64,000 nt of DNA from an uncultured bacterium (GCA_905215555.1 CAJMQU010000021.1:7846-71845); one strand, 5' to 3'. Positions 30,192 through 40,697 are shown, numbered from the stretch's first letter. The notes: a model not told the origin generated them from the letters alone. Numbers and translations: made by a program.

Positions 30192-31746
30192 GAGTGGTCA
30201 GTATTTTATAGATAAGCGGCAAGTCGACATGGTTACGTACATGGTCGGCAAGTTTATCGTATTGTTCTTCTTTGAATTGATGATAATCAAAAGATTTCCC
30301 GGCATCAGCAAGTTTATCGGCGAAAGGTTCCAGAAGAAAGTCGATGAACGAGGGATTGTCGAGAATTCCATGAATATAAGTTCCCATACAAGTGCGGTCG
30401 ACCCAATAACCGTCGGTGCGCCCGTCTTCCAGAAGATTCAGCGGAGAGACTGGTGCACCGTGAGTGGGAACGGTGGTGCCCATGTGGATTTCATAACCGT
30501 CGAGAAATGAAGAATGAGGAATAAGGAATAGAGAATGGCCATCCGGCCTGGCAGAGCAGCCCGATTCGTCATTCTTCATTTTTAATTCTTCATTCAAATG
30601 GAAGCGGACCTGTCGGGTTACCTTTTCACCTGTCATATGGGTACTGACAGGCAAAAGTCCCAATCCCGGCAGACGTGCTATCTCTCCTTCCACATGGTCG
30701 GGGTCGCAAACTTCCTGCCCCATCATTTGATATCCCCCACAAATGCCCATAACCACAGCGCCCTCTCGGTGGGCACGAATGACGGCCTGTGCCACACCGT
30801 TGCGGCGCAATTCATGCAAATCGGCAAGGGTACTTTTACTGCCGGGCAAAAGGATAATATCGGCTTTCGCGAGTTCATCAGTGTTGTTGGTATAGAAGAG
30901 GTGAACACGCGGGTCACGTTCCAGTACATTGAAATCGGTAAAGTTACTAAGGTGGCGCAGCAGAACAACGGCTATATTTACTTTGCCTTGTTCGGCCTGC
31001 ACGGATTTTGTGGCAAGAGCCAAAGAGTCTTCTTCTTCGATGTATATATCCTTATAATAAGGAACAACCCCTACCACCGGGATACCGCAAAGTTCTTCGA
31101 GCATTCTAATGCCAGACTCGAACAAGCGGATATCGCCACGGAACTTATTGATAAGAATACCTTTTATACGCTCCCGTTCGTAAGGACGGAGCAACATAAG
31201 CGAACCGTAGACACTGGCAAAAACTCCGCCCCGATCGATGTCTCCCACAAGGATAACGTCCGCTCCGGCATGCAGTGCCATAGGAAGATTTACTAAATCA
31301 ATATCCCGCAGGTTTATTTCGGAAATGCTTCCGGCGCCTTCCATCACCACAGGATTGTAGCGGGCAGCCAAACGGTCGTATGCGGCACAGACTTCGCGAC
31401 GCAACTCACCACGGCCTTCAACGCGGAAATAATCGTAAGCATCACGGTTACCGATGGGACGACCGTTGAGCACCACTTGTGAGGTCTGGTCGGAAGAGGG
31501 TTTCAACAGTAAAGGATTCATGTCCGTATGACAGGGCACACCTGCAGCTTCGGCCTGAACGGCTTGGGCACGGCCTATTTCCAACCCTTCAGGTGTGGCG
31601 TAGGAATTGAGTGCCATATTCTGTGCCTTGAATGGTGCCGGACAGTAACCGTCTTGACGGAATATGCGGCAGAAAGCGGCTGTAATAATACTTTTGCCCA
31701 CGTCGCTCCCTGTCCCGGCAAACATAATAGGATGAAGTTTCTCCAT
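30184..31746 (-). CDS. cobQ: Cobyric acid synthase (CbiP/CobQ)
   Basis: GTGSDVGKS, PFKAQNMALNS, EGAGS, DIDRGGVFA, GICGGYQM, GYEIHMG, GTYIHG; start at MEKLHP; TATCTTTG at 31767-31774 (minus strand). Confidence 0.96.
   Translation of the reverse strand: MEKLHPIMFAGTGSDVGKSIITAAFCRIFRQDGYCPAPFKAQNMALNSYATPEGLEIGRAQAVQAEAAGVPCHTDMNPLLLKPSSDQTSQVVLNGRPIGNRDAYDYFRVEGRGELRREVCAAYDRLAARYNPVVMEGAGSISEINLRDIDLVNLPMALHAGADVILVGDIDRGGVFASVYGSLMLLRPYERERIKGILINKFRGDIRLFESGIRMLEELCGIPVVGVVPYYKDIYIEEEDSLALATKSVQAEQGKVNIAVVLLRHLSNFTDFNVLERDPRVHLFYTNNTDELAKADIILLPGSKSTLADLHELRRNGVAQAVIRAHREGAVVMGICGGYQMMGQEVCDPDHVEGEIARLPGLGLLPVSTHMTGEKVTRQVRFHLNEELKMKNDESGCSARPDGHSLFLIPHSSFLDGYEIHMGTTVPTHGAPVSPLNLLEDGRTDGYWVDRTCMGTYIHGILDNPSFIDFLLEPFADKLADAGKSFDYHQFKEEQYDKLADHVRNHVDLPLIYKILTTHD
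30505..30594. repeat. Heptamer-based inverted repeat element lying in frame within cobQ
   Basis: AATGAAG-AATGAGG-AATAAGG-AATAGAG ... inverted AATGAAG-AATTAAA-AATGAAG-AATGACG around a GC-rich spacer. Confidence 0.8.
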
Positions 31747-31921
31747 ATAATTTGTTTTAACGGGAACAAAGATAGTGCAAAATTCCGATTCAGGGCAAGC
31801 ACAATAGAAACTCATTCCTTATCCCCCAAAAACAGCAAAAACGAGGAAAGATTGAACAATAAAAAGAAAGGAGTGTTTGAGATAAATATCACTATTATAA
31901 CCTAAACGAACCAGTTAACAT

Positions 31922-33352
31922 ATGAAACAAATCTTATTTATCGCCCTGTTGGGAGCGAGTCTTTCCGTGGCGGCACAAAACGCCGGCAACACTCCGCACA
32001 CGCCTCAACCCCTCTCCCTCAGCTACGATGACGCTCTACAAATGCTGCAAAAAAGCAATCAAAGTCTGAAGATTGCCGACAAAGGCATTGAAACAGCCCG
32101 TGCGGAAAGGGATAAATTGAACGCTTTGTGGTATCCCAGCCTGCAAGGAGCGGGTACTTACGTTCACATGTCCGAAAAGATAGAAGTGAAACAACCCCTC
32201 TCACAGTTCACCGACCCAGCAAAGGATTTTGTACACACCATTGTACCGGACGACCAGTTCATCAGCGGCATACTGGACCAGATAGGCAGCTATACCCTTG
32301 CCTTTCCCCTTGCTCCCCGAAACCTGACCAGCGTGGGACTGACAGCCGAATGGATAGTCTTCTCCGGTGGAAAACGTGTAAGGGCAAGCAAGATAGGAAA
32401 CCGAATGATTGACATTGCCCAAGAGAACCGTGCACAAACCGATGCCACACAAAGAACCTTGCTAGCCGAAAGTTATTACGGCCTCAGCTTGGCCCGCGAA
32501 GTCGTATCAGTACGTCAGGACACCTACAACAGTTTGAAGCAACACTATGAAAATGCCCTCAAACTGGAAGCTGCCGGAATGATTGACAAAGCCGGGCGCC
32601 TCTTCACACAAGTAAATATGGACGAAGCCTGGCGGGCACTGGAAGCCGCCCGGAAGGAAGTCACCGTTGTAGAAAGCGCTTTACGCACATTACTCAATAT
32701 GGAAGATACTTGCCGCATAGAACCGACCTCCCCTCTCTTCATCAATACCACACTTCCGATGAAAGAGGAATTCGTGCAAACAATGCGAACAGGCAACTAC
32801 ATCCTGAACCAGCTGTCGTTACAGCAAAACATTGCCAAGCAACAACTGCGGATAGACCAAAGCGGATATCTGCCGGACATCGCCTTGTTCGGCAAGCAGA
32901 CGCTTTACGCCCACGGCATACAGAGCAACCTTGTTCCGCGTACCATCATCGGTGTAGGTTTCACTTGGAATATCTTCGACGGACTGGCACGGGAAAAACG
33001 CATACGCCAGTCCCGCATTGCCGAACAGACCCTCGCACTGGGCAAAGACAAGGCACAGGATGATTTGACGGTAGGCATAGACAAGCTGTACACCGGACTG
33101 CAAAAAGCACAGGATAATGTCCGCGCCCTAAACTCTACCATCACCTTGAGTGAAGAACTGGTACGCATCCGCAAGAAATCCTTCACCGAAGGCATGGCAA
33201 CCAGTACCGAGGTAGTGGATGCGGAAACAATGCTTGCCGCCGCCCGAGTGGCCCGCCTGGCAGCCTATTACGAATATGACATAACATTAATGAATCTGTT
33301 AGCCCTCTGTGGCACACCGGAACAATTCAAGAAGTATTTTAATGAAGAATGA
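31922..33352 (+). CDS. TolC family outer-membrane efflux protein
   Basis: Signal peptide; two OEP repeats (YPSLQ..., YLPDIAL...WNIFDG, GMATSTEVVDAE). Confidence 0.9.
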   Translation: MKQILFIALLGASLSVAAQNAGNTPHTPQPLSLSYDDALQMLQKSNQSLKIADKGIETARAERDKLNALWYPSLQGAGTYVHMSEKIEVKQPLSQFTDPAKDFVHTIVPDDQFISGILDQIGSYTLAFPLAPRNLTSVGLTAEWIVFSGGKRVRASKIGNRMIDIAQENRAQTDATQRTLLAESYYGLSLAREVVSVRQDTYNSLKQHYENALKLEAAGMIDKAGRLFTQVNMDEAWRALEAARKEVTVVESALRTLLNMEDTCRIEPTSPLFINTTLPMKEEFVQTMRTGNYILNQLSLQQNIAKQQLRIDQSGYLPDIALFGKQTLYAHGIQSNLVPRTIIGVGFTWNIFDGLAREKRIRQSRIAEQTLALGKDKAQDDLTVGIDKLYTGLQKAQDNVRALNSTITLSEELVRIRKKSFTEGMATSTEVVDAETMLAAARVARLAAYYEYDITLMNLLALCGTPEQFKKYFNEE

Positions 33353-33381
33353 GAAAAGTATAAACCCAAACTTTTAAAATT

Positions 33382-34374
33382 ATGGAATTTTCAAAAAAAA
33401 ACATCAGCACTGCATTTGTCATCATACTGGCAATCACCATACTCGTCTCCATTCTGGGAATGGTACTCATGAGCCATCAGCCCCTTGTACTCCAGGGACA
33501 GATAGAAACCACCGAAATCCGCATCAGCGGCAAACTGCCGGGACGTGTGGATTCATTCCTTGTACGCGAAGGCGACTGGGTAAAGGCAGGCGATACGCTT
33601 GTCGTCATCAACAGTCCGACCATAGAAGCCAAGTACCGCCAGGTGAATGCCCTGGAGCAAGTGGCACAGGAACAAAACAAAAAAATAGATGCCGGCACAC
33701 GCCGACAAATCATCGCCACCGCCCAGCAACTTTGGAACAAGACCAAGAGCGACCTGACACTGGCACAGACAACTTACCAGCGTATCCTTACATTATATAA
33801 GGACAGTGTCGTCACCTCGCAACGGAAGGATGAAGTAGAAGCCATGTATCGTGCCGCACAGGCAGCCGAGCGTGCCGCCTACGAACAATACCAGATGGCA
33901 GTGGACGGAGCACAAAGTGAAGACCGTGCCTCTGCCCGGAGCATGGTGGAGGCAGCTCGCAGCACGGTCGATGAAGTATCGTCCTTACTCGTCGATGCAC
34001 GACTGACGGCACCGGAGGCAGGACAGATTTCAACTATATTTCCCAAACGCGGAGAACTCGTCGCCCCGGGCACACCTATCATGAATCTGGTCGTCATGGA
34101 CGATGCACACGTCGTGCTCAACGTACGTGAAGACCTGATGCCGCAATTCAAGATGGACGGTATATTCCGTGCAGATGTTCCTGCTATCGGTAAAAAGAAT
34201 GTAGAGTTCTGTATCTATTATATCAGTCCGCTGGGCAGCTTTGCCACCTGGAAATCGACCAAACAGACGGGCAGCTATGATATGCAGACCTTCGAGATAC
34301 ACGCCCGCCCGACACAGCCTGTGGAGGGCTTACGCCCAGGGATGTCGGTGCTGCTGACGGTTAATAATAAATGA
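33382..34374 (+). CDS. HlyD family periplasmic adaptor
   Basis: N-terminal TM; lipoyl-like VREGDWVKAGDTL; LRPGMSV. Confidence 0.92.
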   Translation: MEFSKKNISTAFVIILAITILVSILGMVLMSHQPLVLQGQIETTEIRISGKLPGRVDSFLVREGDWVKAGDTLVVINSPTIEAKYRQVNALEQVAQEQNKKIDAGTRRQIIATAQQLWNKTKSDLTLAQTTYQRILTLYKDSVVTSQRKDEVEAMYRAAQAAERAAYEQYQMAVDGAQSEDRASARSMVEAARSTVDEVSSLLVDARLTAPEAGQISTIFPKRGELVAPGTPIMNLVVMDDAHVVLNVREDLMPQFKMDGIFRADVPAIGKKNVEFCIYYISPLGSFATWKSTKQTGSYDMQTFEIHARPTQPVEGLRPGMSVLLTVNNK

Positions 34375-34394
34375 TAGTTTAAAGAATTTGCCCT

Positions 34395-36884
34395 ATGAAA
34401 CAACCTTTATATAATGTACTTCGCCGTGAATGGCAGCGTATGACCTCCCGCAGGCTCTACCTCGGTGTATGCCTCGTGCTGCCCTTGTTCTGCCTGTTCT
34501 TCATGGCTACCATCTTCGGCAGCGGGCAGATGGAAAACATTCCTGTCGGCATTGTCGATAAGGACAACACCGCCACATCCCGGCAAATAGCACGAAACAT
34601 CGCTGCCGTACCCACCTTCAGCGTCACGCGGCATTTCAGCGATGAGGCTGCTGCGCGGGAAGCTGTGCAACGTAAAGAAATCTATGGTTATCTGTCCATC
34701 CCCACCGGCTTTGAACAACGCGCCACTACCGGGATGGATGCCACACTTTCTTATTACTACCATTATGCCCTCCTCTCTGTGGGCAGCGAGTTGATGGCGG
34801 CTTTTGAGACGGCACTGGCCCCCGTCGCACTCTCTCCTATTGCCATGAAAGCCGTATCTCTGGGTGTCAATCAGGAGCAGATAACGACATTTCTCCTGCC
34901 TGTGCAATCCAGTATGCATCCGCTTTACAATCCGGATCTGGACTATTCCGTTTATCTGAGCCAGCCCTTCTTCTATGTCCTGTTTCAGATACTCATCTTG
35001 TTGATGACGGTCTATGCCGTAGGGAGTGAATTGAAATTCTATACGGCACAGGAGTGGATGACAACAGCACGGGGAAATATCCTGACCGCCGTGGTTGGCA
35101 AATTGTTGCCTTATACATTCATCTTCTCTGTTATCGGCATACTGGCCAATTATGTACTGTACGGTGTATTGCACATACCTTTTCAGGGAAGTTTGCTGAT
35201 GATGAACCTACTGACGGTGCTATTTATTATTGCCACACAGGCATTGGCAGTGTTCATATTCTCTACCTTTCCGCGGATTGCTTATATCATCAGTATCGTG
35301 TCCATGGTCGGTTCGCTTGGGGCTACCCTTTCCGGTGTCACTTTTCCCGTGACGAGTATGTATCCGCCCGTGCACGCGGCATCCTATCTCTTTCCAGTAC
35401 GCCACTTCACTGAAATAGCGCAGTCGATGCTGTATTTTGACTCAGGGTTCGGATATTACTGGCAATCGGCAGCTATACTTCTGCTTTTCCCATTGCTGGC
35501 ATTGCTGATATTGCCGAGGCTGAGGCGTTGGATATTGAAACACGAAGGAGAAGCTGAGCCACATACGCAGGCGAATAATACAGCCCCTCTTTCACTATCA
35601 GATATCATCTCACGCGAATGGCGTGCCATCAGCACCAATCCGGCTATACTCTTAGTCTTGATAGGCGGTATCTTTGCCTACGGACTTCTCTATAACTTGA
35701 TGTACGCCCCCAACCTTGTGCGGAAAACTCCTGTTGCCGTGGTCGACAATTCGCATTCCGCCCTGAGCCGCGAATATATCCGTCTGCTCAATGCTACTCC
35801 GCAAGCGTCGGTCTATGCGCTGACACCCAATTATCTTGAAGCAAAAGAGTGGTTGAAACAAAGTAAAGTAGATGGAATCCTCTATCTTCCCGCGGACTTT
35901 GATGCACGCGTGGGCCGGGGTGAACAATCTGTATTCAGTGTTTATGCTGCCACAGATGCTTTCCTGAATTTTAAGAATTTGCAGGAGGCTTCTTCGCGCG
36001 TAATGCTTGCCGTCAACGATGTCCATCGTGCGGAAGGCGCCGTGTTTCTACCTCCCCAGGGGGTGCTTGCAGTCACCTCATCCGCACCTGTCAATGTATC
36101 GGGAACGGCTCTCTATAACTACACAGAGGGATATGGTTCGTATCTGATTCCCGCTGTTATGATTATTATCATTTTTCAGACATTACTGATGGTGATAGGA
36201 ATGATTACGGGCGAAGAAGCAGAGAAAAGCCGTTTACTAACCTCCCCCAAACGGTCTCAACTCTCCTCCACCTCCGGAAAGGTCATTCTTCTCCAGCAAA
36301 CAGAGGAGCCGGAAGGAAGCGAATACCCGAAGGGAGAAGTGGCAGGTGGAAATCAAAACACAGCCTCCCCTACTCAAAACATTTCCTCCGGTACTGCCTG
36401 GCACAGAGCATTATACAATGTTTCCGGGAGAACTTTTGTCTACGTAATGCTATATTTCATTTTTGCCTTGTTCCTGTTAGGTTTGCTTCCCCATTTTTTC
36501 AGTATTCCGAACATCGGAAAAGGCAGGGATATTATCACTATGATGATTCCTTTTCTCCTAGGGACGAGCTTCTTCGGACTGGCGGCATCACGTTATTTCA
36601 CCGACTCTGAAGCCCCCTTACTAATGATCGCTTTCTTCTCCGTAGGATATATTTTCCTTTCCGGTGTATCCTATCCTCTCGAACTGATGCCTTGGTACTG
36701 GCAAGCTGCACACTATGTATTTCCGGCCGCTCCTGCCGTACTGGCTTTCGTCAAACTGAATTCGATGGGTGGAGACATGGCAGATATCCGTCCGGAAATG
36801 ATAACACTGTGGATACAGGTCTTTGTATACTTTCTGCTCAGTCTGTGGGTGTTCAGAAGAAAAATATTAACTATTAAATATTAA
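34395..36884 (+). CDS. Fused double ABC-2 type permease (YbhS/YbhR-like)
   Basis: Two homologous halves (REWQRM...PVGIVDKD...YNP; REWRAI...PVAVVDNS...YNY); no ATPase domain. Confidence 0.88.
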   Translation: MKQPLYNVLRREWQRMTSRRLYLGVCLVLPLFCLFFMATIFGSGQMENIPVGIVDKDNTATSRQIARNIAAVPTFSVTRHFSDEAAAREAVQRKEIYGYLSIPTGFEQRATTGMDATLSYYYHYALLSVGSELMAAFETALAPVALSPIAMKAVSLGVNQEQITTFLLPVQSSMHPLYNPDLDYSVYLSQPFFYVLFQILILLMTVYAVGSELKFYTAQEWMTTARGNILTAVVGKLLPYTFIFSVIGILANYVLYGVLHIPFQGSLLMMNLLTVLFIIATQALAVFIFSTFPRIAYIISIVSMVGSLGATLSGVTFPVTSMYPPVHAASYLFPVRHFTEIAQSMLYFDSGFGYYWQSAAILLLFPLLALLILPRLRRWILKHEGEAEPHTQANNTAPLSLSDIISREWRAISTNPAILLVLIGGIFAYGLLYNLMYAPNLVRKTPVAVVDNSHSALSREYIRLLNATPQASVYALTPNYLEAKEWLKQSKVDGILYLPADFDARVGRGEQSVFSVYAATDAFLNFKNLQEASSRVMLAVNDVHRAEGAVFLPPQGVLAVTSSAPVNVSGTALYNYTEGYGSYLIPAVMIIIIFQTLLMVIGMITGEEAEKSRLLTSPKRSQLSSTSGKVILLQQTEEPEGSEYPKGEVAGGNQNTASPTQNISSGTAWHRALYNVSGRTFVYVMLYFIFALFLLGLLPHFFSIPNIGKGRDIITMMIPFLLGTSFFGLAASRYFTDSEAPLLMIAFFSVGYIFLSGVSYPLELMPWYWQAAHYVFPAAPAVLAFVKLNSMGGDMADIRPEMITLWIQVFVYFLLSLWVFRRKILTIKY

Positions 36885-36933
36885 TTATTAAAGCTGCGCC
36901 CTAACACACCTAAATTAATAGTTAATAGTTAAT
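36865..36933. repeat. Inverted heptamer array (TATTAAN)
   Basis: TATTAAC TATTAAA TATTAAT TATTAAA ... ATTAATA GTTAATA GTTAAT. Confidence 0.7.
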
Positions 36934-37003
36934 CTTCCTTCTTTTGTATGCAAACGACTGCCCTCTCTTCACTCCATCCCTGCCGTTGTATCTCCAACGG
37001 TGT

Positions 37004-37156
37004 TCAATCCATCCATATACCCGTTTGCCTCAATGCGGACATCATCTTTCGGAACACGGTCTCCACCATGAATGCCATCAGCAATCGGCTGACAGTGGTT
37101 TTCCCCGTGCCCGAAGTGGGTGCCGTTATCAGGAACTGGGGAATATTCCTCATCAT
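37004..37156 (-). pseudogene. cbiA: N-terminal fragment of cobyrinate a,c-diamide synthase
   Basis: IPQFLITAPTSGTGKTTVSRLLMA matches the CbiA/CobB Walker-A start; similarity lost after about 28 codons. Confidence 0.75.
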
Positions 37157-37248
37157 ACGTACTTGAGTTAACAGAATTTCTTTCCCGTAAAGGTAGTATA
37201 TATTCCCCAAAACCCTTACCTTAGCTGCCCAAATAAAAGTAAATTACT

Positions 37249-38679
37249 ATGATTACCGAAGAACTCAAGAAATTATATTGTGCTTATACCGGACACGAAC
37301 CGGAAGCCATTGATGAACTTCCTTCATCCGGTTCCAACCGCCGTTATTTCCGCCTGACAGGTACACCTACACTTATCGGTGTCAGCGGAACCTCCCTCGA
37401 AGAGAACCAGGCTTTCCTCTATATGGCAAACCATTTCCGGAAGAAAGGATTACCCGTACCGGAAGTCGTGGCAAAGAGTGAGAACGACGCTTTCTATCTA
37501 CAAGAAGACCTGGGCGACACGCTCCTGTTCAACGCCATCGAGAAAGGGCGCAAAACGAGCGTGTTCGATGAAGAAGAAAAGCAACTCCTGCGCAAGACCA
37601 TGCGTCTGTTGCCTGCCGTACAATTCTCCGGTGCGGACGGGATGGACTTTTCTTATTGTTATCCGCAATCGGAATTCAACAGCCGCAGTATCTTGTGGGA
37701 TTTGAATTATTTCAAATACTGTTTCCTGAAAGCAACCGGCATGGAGTTTCAGGAAGACCGCCTGGAAGACGATTTCCAAAAGATGGCGGATGTGTTGATG
37801 CGCAGCAGTTCGGCAACTTTCATGTACCGTGACTTCCAAAGCCGCAACGTGATGATTAAAGATGGTGAGCCGTGGCTCATCGACTTCCAAGGCGGACGCA
37901 AAGGGCCTGTTTACTATGATGTGGCCTCTTTCCTGTGGCAAGCCAAGGCGAATTATCCCGACAGTCTGCGCAAAGAGCTCCTGAAAGAATACCTTGACTC
38001 GCTGTGCAAATACCAGCCCGTGGATGAGAAGTACTTCTATGCCCAGTTGCGCCACTTCGTACTGTTCCGTACCATGCAGGTATTGGGTGCTTACGGTTTC
38101 CGTGGTTACTTTGAGAAGAAGCCGCACTTCATTCAAAGCGTACCTTTTGCTATTGAGAACCTGCGCCAGTTGTTACAAGAACCATATCCGGAATATCCCT
38201 ATCTCTGCCACGTGCTGAAGGAGCTTACTGAACTGAAACAATTCACCGACGATTTGCAAAAGCGCCGCCTTGTTGTGAAGGTCACCAGCTTTGCTTATAA
38301 AAAAGGTATTCCCGAAGATTCCAGCGGAAACGGGGGGGGCTTCGTATTCGACTGCCGCGCAGTGAATAATCCCGGCAAGTACGACCGCTACAAGCCTTTC
38401 ACCGGACTTGACGAGCCTGTTATCCGTTTCCTTGAGGACGACGGGGAGATAACGACTTTCCTCGAACATGTCTATGGTTTAGTGGATGCTTCGGTAAAGC
38501 GGTATATGGAACGCGGATTTACGAACCTCTCCATCTGTTTCGGATGTACAGGCGGTCAGCATCGTTCCGTTTATTCGGCACAGCATTTGGCAGAACATCT
38601 GAACAAGCAGTTCGGAGTACAGGTAAATCTTATCCATAGGGAACAGAATATAGAACAGACCTTTAAAGCAAGAAACTAA
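37249..38679 (+). CDS. AmgK-like sugar phosphotransferase (APH fold) fused to RapZ C-terminal-like domain
   Basis: SGSNRRYFR, YRDFQSRN, IDFQG; C-terminal SFAYKKG...FDCR...GCTGGQHRSV. Confidence 0.85.
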   Translation: MITEELKKLYCAYTGHEPEAIDELPSSGSNRRYFRLTGTPTLIGVSGTSLEENQAFLYMANHFRKKGLPVPEVVAKSENDAFYLQEDLGDTLLFNAIEKGRKTSVFDEEEKQLLRKTMRLLPAVQFSGADGMDFSYCYPQSEFNSRSILWDLNYFKYCFLKATGMEFQEDRLEDDFQKMADVLMRSSSATFMYRDFQSRNVMIKDGEPWLIDFQGGRKGPVYYDVASFLWQAKANYPDSLRKELLKEYLDSLCKYQPVDEKYFYAQLRHFVLFRTMQVLGAYGFRGYFEKKPHFIQSVPFAIENLRQLLQEPYPEYPYLCHVLKELTELKQFTDDLQKRRLVVKVTSFAYKKGIPEDSSGNGGGFVFDCRAVNNPGKYDRYKPFTGLDEPVIRFLEDDGEITTFLEHVYGLVDASVKRYMERGFTNLSICFGCTGGQHRSVYSAQHLAEHLNKQFGVQVNLIHREQNIEQTFKARN

Positions 38680-38683
38680 TCGG

Positions 38684-38733
38684 GTGACAAGCTACAGCAC
38701 AGAACCTATAGTTCGTAGCCTGTAGCTCATCAC
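38684..38733. repeat. Short intergenic inverted repeat
   Basis: GTGACAAGCTACAG ... CTGTAGCTCATCAC (12/14 complementary). Confidence 0.55.
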
Positions 38734-38751
38734 TTATTAAATAAAGCAACA

Positions 38752-39492
38752 ATGAAAGCAATGATTTTTGCCGCAGGCCTCGGCACCCGCCTTCGCCCGC
38801 TGACTGATAATATGCCCAAAGCTCTTGTTTCCGTCGCAGGCAAGCCCATGTTGGAACGTGTCATCCTCCGGCTGAAAGATGCCGGATTTAATGACATCAC
38901 CATAAACATCCACCACTTTGGCGAACAGATCATAGATTTCCTCCGCGCTCATGATAATTTCGGTGCAGATATCCATATCAGCGACGAGCGGGGTGAATTG
39001 CTGGATACCGGTGGTGGAATTAAAAAAGCCCGTCCTCTGCTGGAGAGCAACGAGCCTTTTCTTATACATAACTCCGACATCCTGACAGATTTAGACCTTA
39101 ACGCCTTTTATCATCGCCATTTAGAAAGTAATGCAGACGCCACCCTGCTCACCAATCACCGGCAAACCTCCCGCTACCTGCTGATGGATAAAGATAATCG
39201 CCTCTGCGGCTGGACTAATCTTTCTACGGGCGAAGTACTTCCCAAAGAACTTGACTACTCCGGTAATCATTTCCAATTGCAGGCTTTCGGCTGTGTCCAT
39301 GTCCTTTCATCTTCCATCTTTCATTATATGGAAAACGAACGTTGGACAGGCAAATTCTCTATAATTCCATTTTACGTGGATATCTGTCCCCAAGCACATA
39401 TACAGGGGTACCCCATAGATAGTGAAAACTGGTTCGATGTAGGGAAACCGGAAACACTGGCAAAAGCAGAAGCCTATTATAATTCATTATAA
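38752..39492 (+). CDS. Nucleotidyltransferase, MurU-like
   Basis: MKAMIFAAGLGTRLRPLT...PKAL, LDTGGG, WFDVGKPE; follows AmgK-like gene. Confidence 0.88.
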   Translation: MKAMIFAAGLGTRLRPLTDNMPKALVSVAGKPMLERVILRLKDAGFNDITINIHHFGEQIIDFLRAHDNFGADIHISDERGELLDTGGGIKKARPLLESNEPFLIHNSDILTDLDLNAFYHRHLESNADATLLTNHRQTSRYLLMDKDNRLCGWTNLSTGEVLPKELDYSGNHFQLQAFGCVHVLSSSIFHYMENERWTGKFSIIPFYVDICPQAHIQGYPIDSENWFDVGKPETLAKAEAYYNSL

Positions 39493-40473
39493 TACAGGTT
39501 TCATTTTTATCAGTTTCCCTTGTTCGTCAAACAAATATTCATAGTTGAAAGAAGCATAAATACGATATTTCCAGCGGACACTTTCTTCTAAACGGCGGCT
39601 GTCGTCCAAGACAGTCGCCTGATATTTATCCATCAATTCGGTGGCAAACTCCTTTAGCTTCGGCTCCTGGTGTCTATAGGCAATAATCACTATCCGAACA
39701 TCCGGATAATGCTTCCGCAAATCATCCAACTCTGCACGAACACTGTCTATCCCATCCTGCAACCAGAATAACAAACATACCGGTTGTCCCTTTCCTGCAA
39801 TATCCGAGAACTGCACACTGTCCTTTTCCACATAATCCACCTGCCTGAAATCAATAAAATCATCTCCGGGCATCATATTGCGAGTTCCATCAAGCATGCG
39901 TTTCAGTCCTATCAGTACCGATGTACTGTCCCGCATCTGCGGATTACTGTTCTGATATAATTTTTCCAGTTCATCCGGATATATTTCCGCCCAACGGTCA
40001 AAGACCATCCATCCCATAGCATTGCCCACATTATCAAATACGAACTTCCGGGTCTCTTCACGCGGAAAGAGATCTTCATGCCAGAGTTTCCAAAAGCGCA
40101 CATTCAGCGAACGGGGATTGGTACTCTTATCCGGCACAGGCATTTCCGGCGGGGTTACGTTAGTCAGCGTCAACTCTCCCCTTTCGGGATAGAAAAAGTT
40201 CATGCTATGGCGATGCTCTATACTGTAAAGATGCAGTGTATCTTCCTTTCCGGAGAATATGACCTGACCGTTTCTGATGACGGCAGAATCCAGCGGTCCT
40301 TTTCCATAATCCCTATCGCTCGTCATACGGTCGGCACCATACCGCCACAGGTAGAGGGTGTCTCCTTCGTGAGCATCCAGTCCGATGCAATTCACGGTAT
40401 AAGTACGGTCTTGAGATTGACAGCTTACCATCCCCAGAAACAAAGAAAAAAACATCCAGCAATTGATTTTCAT
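39487..40473 (-). CDS. DUF4369-like lipoprotein with C-terminal thioredoxin-like fold lacking CXXC
   Basis: Lipobox MVSC; LDSAVIRNGQVIFSG; GKGQPVCLLFWLQDGIDSVRAE where TlpA proteins have DFWASWCxxCRxE. Confidence 0.7.
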   Translation of the reverse strand: MKINCWMFFSLFLGMVSCQSQDRTYTVNCIGLDAHEGDTLYLWRYGADRMTSDRDYGKGPLDSAVIRNGQVIFSGKEDTLHLYSIEHRHSMNFFYPERGELTLTNVTPPEMPVPDKSTNPRSLNVRFWKLWHEDLFPREETRKFVFDNVGNAMGWMVFDRWAEIYPDELEKLYQNSNPQMRDSTSVLIGLKRMLDGTRNMMPGDDFIDFRQVDYVEKDSVQFSDIAGKGQPVCLLFWLQDGIDSVRAELDDLRKHYPDVRIVIIAYRHQEPKLKEFATELMDKYQATVLDDSRRLEESVRWKYRIYASFNYEYLFDEQGKLIKMKPVL

Positions 40474-40697
40474 AAGGCGCAGACAATTTAGTGAATAAAC
40501 CAGATAGTGCAAATGAACAATCTTTTTCGGAAAGATACAAGCAAAAAACAGATTATGAGAAAACAATTATTATCAGCCTCAGAGACGGTTCGGGTATATT
40601 CTTCTTTATATTATTTAGCATACCGTTCGCATCTTTTTCATTTCCAGATTGTTTATTTCGTAGATTAGAGTAAAACAGAACAATAAAAAAAGAAATT

